Source: a virus
Lineage: Duplodnaviria > Caudoviricetes
Virus record (IMG/VR): IMGVR_UViG_3300014208_000065
Span: 1-44,996 of that record
Strand: one strand, 5' to 3'
DNA length: 44,996 nucleotides
Numbering within the stretch: position 1 is the first letter of the stretch; every line of letters starts with the position of its first letter. Below are positions 26,895-37,146 of the stretch, piece by piece. A program made the translations under genes and the position numbers. The notes beneath the pieces were generated by a model, which was not told the origin of the DNA, did not search any database, and saw only the letters and a program-made list of their open reading frames with translations.

Positions 26895-29800
26895 CCCAGC
26901 AGCCGGGCGGTATTCCGATCACGCTTGGCGATCTCGCCAGGCTGAAAGACAGAGGGCTTCAGGGTCCTGAGCTTTACGCGGCTGCGGCACAGATGCAGCG
27001 ACCGGAGCGGGCTGAGAAGTGGACACCGGAGAAGCTGGGCGGGCTGCGGGATATTGCGCACGGGGACAAGCGCGAGCCGTGGATGACGGATCAGGTTATC
27101 GGGCTGATCGATACGGCTAACGAGTTTTCAGCGAGCGGGCAGGTGCTGCCAACCGAGCTTACATCGTTCCTCGACACGCTGCCTGAGATCAACGCTCCAA
27201 CCCTGCCAACCTGGGAAGCAGGCGAACTGCCTCCACCGCCGACCAACTTCGGGATGACGGACGAACAGCTTGCGAGCCTCCAGCCGTGGCAGCAAACGTC
27301 CATGAACGTGATGGGCAGTAAGCCAATGGGTGCGTTCACCACTGCACTGAGCTGGGCTGAGCAGAACGTACCAGCCTGGACACCGATCATGAACGCGCTT
27401 GACCTGCTGGCACGGGGCGCAAAGCGCACGGTGGGCATGGTGGAACTTGCGCAGTCCAAGAGCGTATCGATCGGCGACATCATGGCTAACCTGGAGAGCG
27501 CATGGACCGCGGCAGAGCAGGCGTACCGGGTGACACCGCTTCAGCAGATACTACCCGGCACTGCCATCGAGCAGGCATTGGGGGTGGGAGCAACACCGGA
27601 AGCATGGAAGTTTGGCACGACCGAGACCACGCAGTTGAAACCGGAGCAGTACGGACCGGAGGCGCTGGCTGAGTTCTTCCAGCGGCTGAACGGGGGCGAG
27701 GACAGGAAGAGCATCGAGGCTGAGTTCGAGGATCGCTTCGGCTACCAGGGCATGATGCGTGACATGGTTGGGATGATGGTGGCTGACCCGCTCAACTTTG
27801 CGGGTGGGTTCCTGGCGAAGGGCGCGAGCGCTGGGATCAAGGCCGGGCTGAAGGGATCGAAGGTGGCGCTGTCTGCAGAGACGATAGCAGACGTGACACG
27901 AGCGGCGTCTAAGGCGCATGGTCCCGTTGAGGTGGTGAAGCGCTTTAATGCGGCGGCTGGTGAGCTGCTCAAGTTCGATGAGTGGGACGGGCTGCCTAAG
28001 ATTCTGAAGCGCATGGCTCCGGTCTACAACAGCGACGGCGTCGCAAAGATGCTGGATGTGACGAAGGGCGGGCTGCTCGACTTGACGCCTGAGAGCCAGG
28101 CGCGCCAGATATTCGACACGTACAACAAAACGATGCCGGTTGTGCTGGACAAGTTCGGCTATGACGATAAGGGGTTAACTCAGGCCAGGACGTTCCTGAA
28201 GGCGCTGAAGAATAACGATATTGACACGATGGCAGCGACCGGGATGCGGCTGACGGGTGGCGCTGACTTCGGGGTGGTGCAGGCCTTCTTGAAGGACGGC
28301 TCGATAGACGAGATGATTGGCATGATCGACGACTACCTGGACAACCCGCTGAACGCAGACATGCGGCGGGCGTTCCAGGAGGTGCAGGACGCAGCCGGAT
28401 ACGCAGGAGGAAAAGGGCGCGACCAGCTCATCAAGCTGCTGACAGACCCGGAGAAGGCGGAAGCGAACGCCGTGTCGGTATTGAGGAAGGCTGGTAAGAC
28501 GGACATCGACCCCGGCACGCTTGCTTCGATGGGCAAGTATTTTGCTTCCAGCGAGGGGGCGGCGGACGGGCGTCAGCTGATGGGCAAGCTGTATGCCAAC
28601 AGCTCACCAAAGGCGTTGCAGTGGGCTGCTGACCACGTGGGGATCACGGAGGACAAGGCGTTCGTGCGCTGGACCAATCTAATCAAGGCGGCACAGGGGC
28701 TGGTGCTGCTGGATCTGAACCCGAACTATCTGATTCAGAACTTCGTCGACAACAAGCTGAAGATGGTGCGGGAAGGGCTGGTGTTCTCGCGGCAGGCTGA
28801 GTATCTGCTTCCGGCCAGGGCTGCGAAGATAGCCGAGCGCGTCTACGGTAAGGGCAAGGTACCGCCGCGGTTGGCTGGTGGCTTCAGCGGAGAGTTGGGG
28901 CTGGTGAGTGGAGAGGATGCGATCCGTAAGGCGCAGCAGGTGCAGAAGCCTGGCTTGCCCGAGAAGATGACGGGGGCTATCAGCGGGGTGCGCAAGTACA
29001 TGCCGGGGCCGAAGATCGCCGAGTTCATCGAGAGCCGGGACAGGCTAACCGGGAACATGGTTAAGTTTATGCAGACGTGGACGCCGAGCTGGAAGGAAGG
29101 GCGGGCGTATCAGAAGCTGGCGGGTAACGTTGAAGCGGCGCTGCCGGAGAGGTTTGCGCGCCAGTGGTATGACGTGATTAACCACAGCATGAACCAGGAA
29201 GAGCTGGCTGCCGGGGTAGATAAGCTGTTGAAGGGCGTCTATACCAAGACCGCGGAGGACATGATCGACGAGGCGCTGCGGTTCATCAACCACCCGAACC
29301 CGTCGGAGATGAAAGGGGCGATGGTAACGCTGGGGCTTGATGAAGCACTGGCAAAGATACCGATGAACGCTGGACCTGATGATGTGCGCAAGGCGTTTGG
29401 AGATATTTACGACAGCATCGAGGACCAGGCACGCCAGTACCACAAGAGCTACATGAAGGGTTTGCGCGAAGAGATGGCGAACCTGGGCACGGTGGAAGGG
29501 GGGATGGGTTACTGGGAAGGGTTCGACGAGGTGGCGCAGATGCGCTTCGACCAGCGGATGCAGGACTGGCGAGCGATGCACACCATCATGGACCCGGAGA
29601 ACTTCATCAGCAGCGAACACCGAACCGCTGTTCTGATGCGCCAATACGATATACAGCGCAGTGCGTGGCACAGGCTGAACGAAGAGACGCGTGCTATCTA
29701 TGACGAGACTGTAAAACATTTTGGTGCGGACAGTGAGATGGGTGCGTTCCTGAGTGACAACCTGAAAGCGGACGAGAAGATCTGGTCCGACTTCTTCACG

Positions 29801-32800
29801 AACAAGCAGAAGCAGATCACGAAGATGTCTAAGCTGAAGAAAGATCCGGCTGATCCGTTCCAGCGTGAGGCATGGGCACAGTACAACGCGGACATGAGCA
29901 AGGCATACGAGGAGGCTTATAACGCGGCGATTGAGTTGCAGAACGCCAGGGACATGCGGCTTGCGGATGTGTTCGTTGCGAAGTACGGGGAGGATATTCG
30001 CCCGGCTGTTGAGAAGTGGCTGGGTGGCGTAAGGAAGCTGGACGCAGAGGCATACGAAGGGATGCTGGCCCACTATGACAGGGTGAAGAGCATGCCTGCG
30101 GGGATGCGAGAGGCGGAGTGGGAGAAGTTTTTGAACGAGAACCACTACCCGCGCATGGCGAAGCGGCTGGCTGATAACCGGGAAGGGGCGCGCAGTGTGT
30201 GGCGTCAGGCGCACCAGGCGGAGCTTGACCCGTACCGGAATATCATGGGCGTTACGGATGCGCCCGAGCCGGTACGGGTGGAAGATGTTCAGCCGGACTC
30301 GGAAATAAGCATATGGAATAGACTAGCACCTCTTACACAAGATGAGTTTGCTGGTCTTGACTTCAAAGTCCCGGAAGGTGGTTCAAGTAAGACGCCTAAA
30401 ACTGTATTTGGATGGGATCGAGGCGAATACGAAACGTTATCCGACCTTGCCGCAGGAGATGATACATTCCGGTTTAATGAGGCGCTTGGAAAGGGTTATG
30501 AATCAGACACACCAAATACAATGCGTCTTGCTGGAAAGATCAAGAGTGGAAACCAAATTACGATTTATCGGGCGTCCGATGTTGGCGATATTTTACCGGG
30601 ATCATACGTTTCGGAATCAAGAAAGTACGTTGAATCACATGGCGAGAATATTATCAATGCCCCATATGAAATATTTTCGATGGATGTTTACCCAGATGAA
30701 CTTATGACGTATGGGGACCCACATGAGTTTATTTATATTCCACGAACAAAGGAAGCTGGGTATCAGCGTTATTTAGATCAGTTTGAGCGTGGCAATAAAG
30801 AAGCAGCGAAGCTCGTCCAGCCCGCAGACGCAGGCCAGGCAGCCGTCCGTCCGTTCACGGATGCGTTCAAGGCGTGGTTCGGCAAGAGCGCGGTGGTGGA
30901 TGCGGACGGACAACCGCTGCGGGCTTATCACGGAACGACGGCAGACTTCGCACAGTTTGACCCAACGGTATCGAAAGCCACGGATGACGGCTTCTACGGG
31001 AAAGGTATTTACTTCTCGACCGATCCCGAGATGGCGGGGGGATATGCTACCCGTGACCTGGGGGAAGGCGTTGTGCCGGGCGGGAACGTCCGGCCCGTGT
31101 ACCTGAATATCGAAAACCCATTCAAAACCTGGGACATGCAGACTGTCAAGCGCCGCTTCGGTGAGACATCCGCGGAACAAACCACTAACATGAAGAAGGC
31201 GGGCTACGATGGGGTATTCAAATACGACGAGAACAACGTCATCACCGAGATCGTTGCGTTCGAGCCGGACCAGATCAAGCCGGCATTTGAGGGCTTTGCA
31301 GATATGCGAACCGTGGACCTGATTGGCAAGGCGCCTCCCGGAACGATGCCAAGGCAGGACCCGATCGCCAAGATATTCACCCAGGGCATTGACCAGCAGA
31401 TGCGTCCGTTCCTCCGCCAGGTTGAATCGCAGTTCTACAATGCACCGCGCAAGGTGGATTACGGCGAACTGACATCCGACCAGATCCGGGTATTGCGCCA
31501 ACATGCGGATGCGGCAGCCGGCTCGATGTCTGACCTGAAGCTGGCGGCCACCAAGTACGCATCGATTGCCACGGACAACGCAATGCTGGATTACTCCCGC
31601 AGGTACGGGTTCGACACCTACCTGTCGGGCATATTTCCGTACCAGTTCTGGTACACACGGAGCGCGATGAACTGGGCGCTGAGTGCGATAGACCACCCGG
31701 CATGGTACGCACAGTGGCACAGGCTACGTGAGATGCAGGATAAGCTGATGCCAGGACAGGACGGCTTCCCGTCCAGACTGGCGGGCAAGATGCAGATCCC
31801 GATCCCGTTCATGCCGGAGGGCTGGGGCAGCTCGATCTACGTTGACCCGATGCACAACATCTTTGGGTTCGAAGGCATGGCGAGCCAGGTTGCACGCCCG
31901 CTTCAGCGCGACCAGATGAACAGAGAATCCAGGGCTCAATACATCCTGGAAGATATGATGCGCACCGAACAGATTACTCAGGCGCAGTATGAAGCGGCGG
32001 TGAACTCGAAGGGGCTGGATGAAGTTGATCCGCTCTGGGCGCAAGCGATGCAGCAGGCTGAGGCGGAAGTAGAAGCGGAGATCGCCAGTCCGCTGGATAT
32101 GATTTCCACGGTAGCTACGCCGAGCCTGCCATTGCAATGGGCGCTGGAGCGCATGGGCCTCCTGAAGAGCCGCAACCGGGGGATTGGTACGTTACCGCTG
32201 GTATCCACCATCCAGAACGCAACGTCGTTCATCGAGCCTGGTGGGGTGAACGTGTACCAGAAGTTCCAGGCGATGATCGGTGCGGCTGAAGGGAAGGGGA
32301 CGAAGAACGCCCGCGGCTTCCTGTGGGACTACTACGTTGCCAGGGAACTGAGCAACATGGCGGCGCAGGGTGAGGACGTGGAGGCGGTGAAGCTGGCGAT
32401 GGTAGATAAGACCGGACCGCTTTACGAGCAGGCGGTGGATACAGTTGGCAGGCAGCAGGCGGTAAGAAGTTTCGCGTCAATCCTGTGGACCGACTTCTTC
32501 CCGGAAGGGGAGCAGCGCCAGCGAGCATTGAAGTTAGAGTTCGAGAAGGCAGCGGACGCCGGGAAGATGACCGAGTTCTTCGACAAGTACCCGGAGTATG
32601 AAGCCCGGATGCTTTTGAATAAGTGGGAAGACCCGGAACAGACGCTGCGCTATTTTGAGCGGAGCGCAATCTGGGACGCGTATTACAAGCTCGATCCATT
32701 AGAACAGCGGGCGTTCATTGACCAGAACCCGGACTTCGAAGATATGTTTTTGAACAAAGAGACCCGCTCGTACGATAGCGTTACGACCGAGACGATGACC

Positions 32801-33556
32801 AGTTGGCTGCGCACGATGAAGGGAGTCGTGCCCGAGACTGCACCCGCCACGCCGCCGAGTACCACTGAGCTGCCAGAAGCAGATATCAACCAAGCGTACA
32901 ACGGATACGTTGCGTGGCGGGACAGCCAACCGGGATACCAGCTTTACAACGTGATGAACAGCCTGCCGTATGCGATGCAGGCAAACTTCAGGATGCAGCA
33001 CCCGGAGGTGGTGCAGTACAAGGATGCCCGCAATATCTTCCTGTCACAGAACCCGGAGCTTATTCAGTATGTGATCAGCGACGACAACAAGCTGGCCGGC
33101 GCACCGCCCGATGTGCAGGCTGAGGTTTACAGGTATGAGGCGGCGAAGTCGCTCGAGTTCCCGATGATCCAGCTGACCAACGATATGTACTGGAACCTGG
33201 GCAAGAGCGAACAGCGGGCGTTCCTGCGTGCCCACCCGGAGCTGAAGGATTACTGGGATTGGGAGAAAGAAGCGGTGAAGTATTTATCCGCACAGGCGTT
33301 CTACTACGTGAAGGGTGAGAGCGGGATCGAGAAGCTGCGCCAGGGGGACGATTACGAAGCGCCATATTACCTGGACTTCGATAAGTTCAGCCCGCCGCTG
33401 GTGCTGGAGATTGCGCGGGAGACGCTGGTGGGTGGAAGGATCGGTGCGGGTGCGACCCGTGCGCTGCGTGCGATCTGGGAGGGGGAAGGGAAGCCGCTCC
33501 AGTCGTTCGATGCGTGGCTGGCAAGAGTGATGGATGAGTTTAGTTGGCCGCGCTGA
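26891..33556 (+). CDS. Giant internal virion / polyvalent protein with ADP-ribosyltransferase-like domains
   Basis: 2221 aa; FKAWFG.S.VVD..G.PL..YHGT...G.GIYF...GYDGV...EIVAF..QIK (ART-PolyVal-like); FPYQFW motif in the C-terminal part. Confidence 0.75.
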   Translation: MTQQPGGIPITLGDLARLKDRGLQGPELYAAAAQMQRPERAEKWTPEKLGGLRDIAHGDKREPWMTDQVIGLIDTANEFSASGQVLPTELTSFLDTLPEINAPTLPTWEAGELPPPPTNFGMTDEQLASLQPWQQTSMNVMGSKPMGAFTTALSWAEQNVPAWTPIMNALDLLARGAKRTVGMVELAQSKSVSIGDIMANLESAWTAAEQAYRVTPLQQILPGTAIEQALGVGATPEAWKFGTTETTQLKPEQYGPEALAEFFQRLNGGEDRKSIEAEFEDRFGYQGMMRDMVGMMVADPLNFAGGFLAKGASAGIKAGLKGSKVALSAETIADVTRAASKAHGPVEVVKRFNAAAGELLKFDEWDGLPKILKRMAPVYNSDGVAKMLDVTKGGLLDLTPESQARQIFDTYNKTMPVVLDKFGYDDKGLTQARTFLKALKNNDIDTMAATGMRLTGGADFGVVQAFLKDGSIDEMIGMIDDYLDNPLNADMRRAFQEVQDAAGYAGGKGRDQLIKLLTDPEKAEANAVSVLRKAGKTDIDPGTLASMGKYFASSEGAADGRQLMGKLYANSSPKALQWAADHVGITEDKAFVRWTNLIKAAQGLVLLDLNPNYLIQNFVDNKLKMVREGLVFSRQAEYLLPARAAKIAERVYGKGKVPPRLAGGFSGELGLVSGEDAIRKAQQVQKPGLPEKMTGAISGVRKYMPGPKIAEFIESRDRLTGNMVKFMQTWTPSWKEGRAYQKLAGNVEAALPERFARQWYDVINHSMNQEELAAGVDKLLKGVYTKTAEDMIDEALRFINHPNPSEMKGAMVTLGLDEALAKIPMNAGPDDVRKAFGDIYDSIEDQARQYHKSYMKGLREEMANLGTVEGGMGYWEGFDEVAQMRFDQRMQDWRAMHTIMDPENFISSEHRTAVLMRQYDIQRSAWHRLNEETRAIYDETVKHFGADSEMGAFLSDNLKADEKIWSDFFTNKQKQITKMSKLKKDPADPFQREAWAQYNADMSKAYEEAYNAAIELQNARDMRLADVFVAKYGEDIRPAVEKWLGGVRKLDAEAYEGMLAHYDRVKSMPAGMREAEWEKFLNENHYPRMAKRLADNREGARSVWRQAHQAELDPYRNIMGVTDAPEPVRVEDVQPDSEISIWNRLAPLTQDEFAGLDFKVPEGGSSKTPKTVFGWDRGEYETLSDLAAGDDTFRFNEALGKGYESDTPNTMRLAGKIKSGNQITIYRASDVGDILPGSYVSESRKYVESHGENIINAPYEIFSMDVYPDELMTYGDPHEFIYIPRTKEAGYQRYLDQFERGNKEAAKLVQPADAGQAAVRPFTDAFKAWFGKSAVVDADGQPLRAYHGTTADFAQFDPTVSKATDDGFYGKGIYFSTDPEMAGGYATRDLGEGVVPGGNVRPVYLNIENPFKTWDMQTVKRRFGETSAEQTTNMKKAGYDGVFKYDENNVITEIVAFEPDQIKPAFEGFADMRTVDLIGKAPPGTMPRQDPIAKIFTQGIDQQMRPFLRQVESQFYNAPRKVDYGELTSDQIRVLRQHADAAAGSMSDLKLAATKYASIATDNAMLDYSRRYGFDTYLSGIFPYQFWYTRSAMNWALSAIDHPAWYAQWHRLREMQDKLMPGQDGFPSRLAGKMQIPIPFMPEGWGSSIYVDPMHNIFGFEGMASQVARPLQRDQMNRESRAQYILEDMMRTEQITQAQYEAAVNSKGLDEVDPLWAQAMQQAEAEVEAEIASPLDMISTVATPSLPLQWALERMGLLKSRNRGIGTLPLVSTIQNATSFIEPGGVNVYQKFQAMIGAAEGKGTKNARGFLWDYYVARELSNMAAQGEDVEAVKLAMVDKTGPLYEQAVDTVGRQQAVRSFASILWTDFFPEGEQRQRALKLEFEKAADAGKMTEFFDKYPEYEARMLLNKWEDPEQTLRYFERSAIWDAYYKLDPLEQRAFIDQNPDFEDMFLNKETRSYDSVTTETMTSWLRTMKGVVPETAPATPPSTTELPEADINQAYNGYVAWRDSQPGYQLYNVMNSLPYAMQANFRMQHPEVVQYKDARNIFLSQNPELIQYVISDDNKLAGAPPDVQAEVYRYEAAKSLEFPMIQLTNDMYWNLGKSEQRAFLRAHPELKDYWDWEKEAVKYLSAQAFYYVKGESGIEKLRQGDDYEAPYYLDFDKFSPPLVLEIARETLVGGRIGAGATRALRAIWEGEGKPLQSFDAWLARVMDEFSWPR

Positions 33557-33599
33557 TGGTATAATGGTTGCGATAATGTACTCGTTGTACGTTATCGTA
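33557..33599 (+). promoter_or_regulatory. Extended -10 promoter plus 5' hairpin before scaffold gene
   Basis: TGGTATAAT at 33557-33565; TGCGATAATGTAC/GTACGTTATCGTA stem. Confidence 0.55.
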
Positions 33600-33631
33600 T
33601 CGAAGAGACAATAGCAGAAACGGAGGCACAG

Positions 33632-34423
33632 ATGGACAACGGTTATCAGGGAGGCGGTGCGTCGCAGGTTGAGCCAGGGCAGGCTCCACCTCCGGCCGTT
33701 CCGGTAACGGAACCGCAAGCGGGCGCAGCTCCACCTGAACCCATTACCAAAGCTGACCTGGAACTGTTCAGCAAGAACCTGAAGGCTGAGCTGCTCCACG
33801 TTATCAGCAGTCAAGCAGGACGAACCGAAAGCAAGCTGAGAAAGGAAGTCGATCAGCGCGTAGCCCAAGCGGAAGCCAACCTGAACCAACTCAAGGCAGA
33901 CGGGTACACCGTCACCGACGAGGACTTCAAGCGGGTCCGCAGTCAGGCTATCGTTGACGCATCCATGGGGAACACGCTGCAAGCTGCCACGCAAGCCGCG
34001 TCCCAACAGCCAATCCGCTCGCCCGAACTCCAACAGATGATTGACGACACCAACAGACAGGCGAAAGAACTGGAAGCCGAGTACGGGGTAACGATAGAAG
34101 CAACCGACCAGGAATATGCGGACTATGTTTCTCCATTCGAGAAGCATCCGAACCCGCAGGTATTCTTGAAGCAGCTCCGTACCGCCCTGGAAGAAAAGGC
34201 CGCACGAACGAACGCCGCCCCTCCAAAACCAGCGCTGCCTGGGAACCCTCAGGCCCGCACGCCTGCGCCGATGGGCGCGGGTGGTGTGGGACGTGAGGAT
34301 GATCTCAACAAGCGGCTGCAATATATCCAGAATGTTGACCCGTTCAAGCGAGACGTCACACTTTCCAAAGAACGAGCGGAGATCAACAAAGAACTGGAGG
34401 CGTTGCATCGCAGCAGACGATGA
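33632..34423 (+). CDS. Putative capsid scaffolding protein
   Basis: Helical, P/A/Q-rich; immediately upstream of MCP; GGAGG RBS. Confidence 0.65.
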   Translation: MDNGYQGGGASQVEPGQAPPPAVPVTEPQAGAAPPEPITKADLELFSKNLKAELLHVISSQAGRTESKLRKEVDQRVAQAEANLNQLKADGYTVTDEDFKRVRSQAIVDASMGNTLQAATQAASQQPIRSPELQQMIDDTNRQAKELEAEYGVTIEATDQEYADYVSPFEKHPNPQVFLKQLRTALEEKAARTNAAPPKPALPGNPQARTPAPMGAGGVGREDDLNKRLQYIQNVDPFKRDVTLSKERAEINKELEALHRSRR

Positions 34424-34437
34424 CATAGGAGGGCTAG

Positions 34438-35694
34438 ATGCCTCAAACTACTTCTTCACCCAGCATCAGCTCCATCATATCCCGGTACAACGAGAGCTTC
34501 CTGGAGGGGGCGAAAGCGCCCATGCTCTATTCACAGAGCGCCCTGGATTACACCAGCTTTACCCCCGGAATGTCGATGGAAGAACTGATGCGAGCAAGCA
34601 CCGTGTACGTTCCGGTGCAGTCGGGTATGTCGGTCGGGACGACCGCAATCTCTCAGACCTCAGACCTGACCCCGCAGTCCATCTATGATGCGACTATCAA
34701 TATCAGCAAGACCAGCCGAGGCGAAGCACTCCAGTTCAGCCAACAGCTGAAGATCGAAGCCTTTGACCAGTTCACCGCCAACTTCTACAAGATCATCGGC
34801 GAGAACTGCATGGAATCCATCGAAGCGCTGGCAATCAGCGTGGCATTCGCCGGAACGTTCTATGATCGGCCCGCCGCACGCGGCAGTCTGGACGCCGGTA
34901 CTTCGGCACATAACGCAAGTGACGCAGTTTTCCGCCGAGCGGCAGGACTGTTCGCATCCATGCGCGTCCCTGGCTGGGAATCTGCGAATGGACCCGAGTG
35001 GGCTTGCTACATGCACCCATGGGTCTCCCATGACATCCAGGAAGCTGGCAAGGTTGTGTACGTGGGGGAATACCAGAACAGCAACATCATCTTAGCCTGG
35101 GAACTCGGAAAGATCGGGCGCTTCAAACTCGTTGAAAGCCCCTATGCCAAAGTGTTCTTCGGCGCAGGTGCAACTCACGATACCGAACAGGCCACCACCG
35201 TTGGAACCGCATCGAACCCACTGGCTACCACCCTCGTTACAACCGACGACAAAAGCACCAACATCGCCAAAGGGCGGCTGTATAACATCGGAACGGAAGA
35301 GACCAGCACAACCTGCTACCCGATGAACGAGCAATTCCGGGCGCTCTCTGCCAGCACCACAACCATTACCCTGAACGGGCAGGCTGCGAACGGCGGCTTG
35401 AAGTACGCGCACGCGGCCTTGGAGGCTGTCAACAACAACGACAGTGCATACACCATGCTGTTCGCCGGACCTGGATCTCTGGTTCAGATCTACGCGACCG
35501 ACCCGGAGAACGGGGACCCGGATGCGCGGGCTGTGCCTGGCGTGAAAGGTGCTGCCATCGTTGGCCCGTTGAAGACCGGCCTGGCGCACCAATGGGACAG
35601 TCTGGCGTGGAAGTACTGGGGCAACTTTGGCCTTGTGGCGCAAAAGTACCTCTATCGCTATGAATGCAGTGTAAGTTATGAGCATTCAACGTGA
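34438..35694 (+). CDS. Major capsid protein (N4-gp56-like)
   Basis: 418 aa; YMHP.V..DI, ELGKIGRFKLVES, LAWK..G motifs. Confidence 0.8.
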   Translation: MPQTTSSPSISSIISRYNESFLEGAKAPMLYSQSALDYTSFTPGMSMEELMRASTVYVPVQSGMSVGTTAISQTSDLTPQSIYDATINISKTSRGEALQFSQQLKIEAFDQFTANFYKIIGENCMESIEALAISVAFAGTFYDRPAARGSLDAGTSAHNASDAVFRRAAGLFASMRVPGWESANGPEWACYMHPWVSHDIQEAGKVVYVGEYQNSNIILAWELGKIGRFKLVESPYAKVFFGAGATHDTEQATTVGTASNPLATTLVTTDDKSTNIAKGRLYNIGTEETSTTCYPMNEQFRALSASTTTITLNGQAANGGLKYAHAALEAVNNNDSAYTMLFAGPGSLVQIYATDPENGDPDARAVPGVKGAAIVGPLKTGLAHQWDSLAWKYWGNFGLVAQKYLYRYECSVSYEHST

Positions 35695-35725
35695 TTTTCA
35701 TTTGTTTCTGTCTACGCAATAGGAT

Positions 35726-36403
35726 TTGCACATGGAGCCTGTAGTTTACGCCATCAAGAACCTGAACGACATGAAGATGTATGTCGGAAGCACGGTCAAT
35801 AAGTCCGTGCGCTGGCAGACACATCGGACGTTGCTCAGACATGGCAAACACGAGAACGGCTTCTTGCAAGCGGCATGGGATAGAGATGGTGAACCAGCCT
35901 TTGTGTTCGCCGTTCTGGAAGTAATAGACGTACCTGGTCAACTTGCGGAACGCGAAACCTGGTGGCTAAACCATCTCACACCTTATGGTGTCTATGGCTA
36001 CAACATTCTCAGAACGGCTCATGATGGCACAAGAGGGTATAAGTTTCCCGATGAAGTGCGCCAGAAGATGAGCCTTATGAGGAAGGGTGTACCTAAGTCA
36101 CCGCGCTCTAAGGAACACTGCGAGAACATCCGCAAGGCGAAGTTGGGAAAACCGCACCCCGTAACATGGGCTATACCCCCTAAGTCGAACGAGACACGGG
36201 CGAAGTTGTCTGCCTCGCATATTGGGCGACATGTGGGTGAAGCTAATGAAAAAGCAAAGCTCAACGACGATGCAGTTCGCGACATCCGCAGACGGTTGGT
36301 TGATGGCGAGAGCGGTTTCTCGATTGCCAAGTTCTATGGCGTACACAGGCAGGCGATATACAGGATCCGAGACAGAATCACATGGAAACATGTTAAGGAG
36401 TAA
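35726..36403 (+). CDS. Free-standing GIY-YIG homing endonuclease with NUMOD3 repeats and C-terminal HTH
   Basis: VVYAIKN...YVGST...RW..H...L..GKHEN..LQ.AW; GYN; E.R.KMS repeats; AKLNDDAVRDIR. Confidence 0.9.
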   Translation: MHMEPVVYAIKNLNDMKMYVGSTVNKSVRWQTHRTLLRHGKHENGFLQAAWDRDGEPAFVFAVLEVIDVPGQLAERETWWLNHLTPYGVYGYNILRTAHDGTRGYKFPDEVRQKMSLMRKGVPKSPRSKEHCENIRKAKLGKPHPVTWAIPPKSNETRAKLSASHIGRHVGEANEKAKLNDDAVRDIRRRLVDGESGFSIAKFYGVHRQAIYRIRDRITWKHVKE

Positions 36404-36405
36404 CA

Positions 36406-37092
36406 ATGGCTGAAGGAAACGATACCTATTTTGGACTGGGTGTCCCGCTGTTTGGCGAGAGCGAGATCAAGCAACTCGCTGGCGATGAAGCGGTAGACAT
36501 CCTGACTTTGACCGGATCTACCGGAACGCTGACCGGGGATTTCCTGGTCGCGCAGACCGGCTCCGGTACGGAAGAGTTTGTTGTCAGCGCCTCGGGCGGG
36601 GTCACGGCACACAGCCTGACCATCGAGGGAGTGACTGTACTCAGCTCATCGCTGACGGGCACACAGGTCGGCTTGGTACTGAGCGCAACCACAATGGTTG
36701 GCGCACTGACCATCACGGCCTCCAGCTCGGGCGCAATTGCAACCGGCGGGACTGCCGTCAATGCAATCTACGTTTCCGGCGGGTCGAAGTCTGTCATCAA
36801 CGCCGTCTTGCACTACAACAACGGCGACAACGCTTCGGCTCAGACCCTGCTGGCGACGAGCGGCTCGATCCTACCGGCGGCATTCCTGGCGATTGGATCA
36901 TCGGCTGGTTACTATACCGGCGCGGGGAACGTGTCCGGCGCAATCGGCACGACCATGTTTACCGCTTCTTCGTCCTACTACCTGACCACGGCGCTGGCGA
37001 CCACCATGCCGCTTGCGCTGCTGAAGGTGCTGGCAGGCTCGAAGGCGTTCTACATCCCGATGCTGACCGACACGATGATCACTGCGGCATAA
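36406..37092 (+). CDS. Ser/Thr/Gly/Ala-rich virion (decoration) protein
   Basis: Follows MCP; AAGGAG RBS; ends in YIP-type motif. Confidence 0.55.
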   Translation: MAEGNDTYFGLGVPLFGESEIKQLAGDEAVDILTLTGSTGTLTGDFLVAQTGSGTEEFVVSASGGVTAHSLTIEGVTVLSSSLTGTQVGLVLSATTMVGALTITASSSGAIATGGTAVNAIYVSGGSKSVINAVLHYNNGDNASAQTLLATSGSILPAAFLAIGSSAGYYTGAGNVSGAIGTTMFTASSSYYLTTALATTMPLALLKVLAGSKAFYIPMLTDTMITAA

Positions 37093-37105
37093 CCAACACT
37101 TAGAC

Positions 37106-37127
37106 TGGGGGCGCTACGGCGCCCCCA
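37106..37127 (+). terminator. Hairpin after capsid genes
   Basis: TGGGGGCGC-tacg-GCGCCCCCA. Confidence 0.5.
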
Positions 37128-37146
37128 TAGTGGAAAGGACAATTGA

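Noticed and set aside
35695-36405. Group I intron in the capsid gene
   Set aside because: MCP appears complete, and the flanks are too short for an intron core
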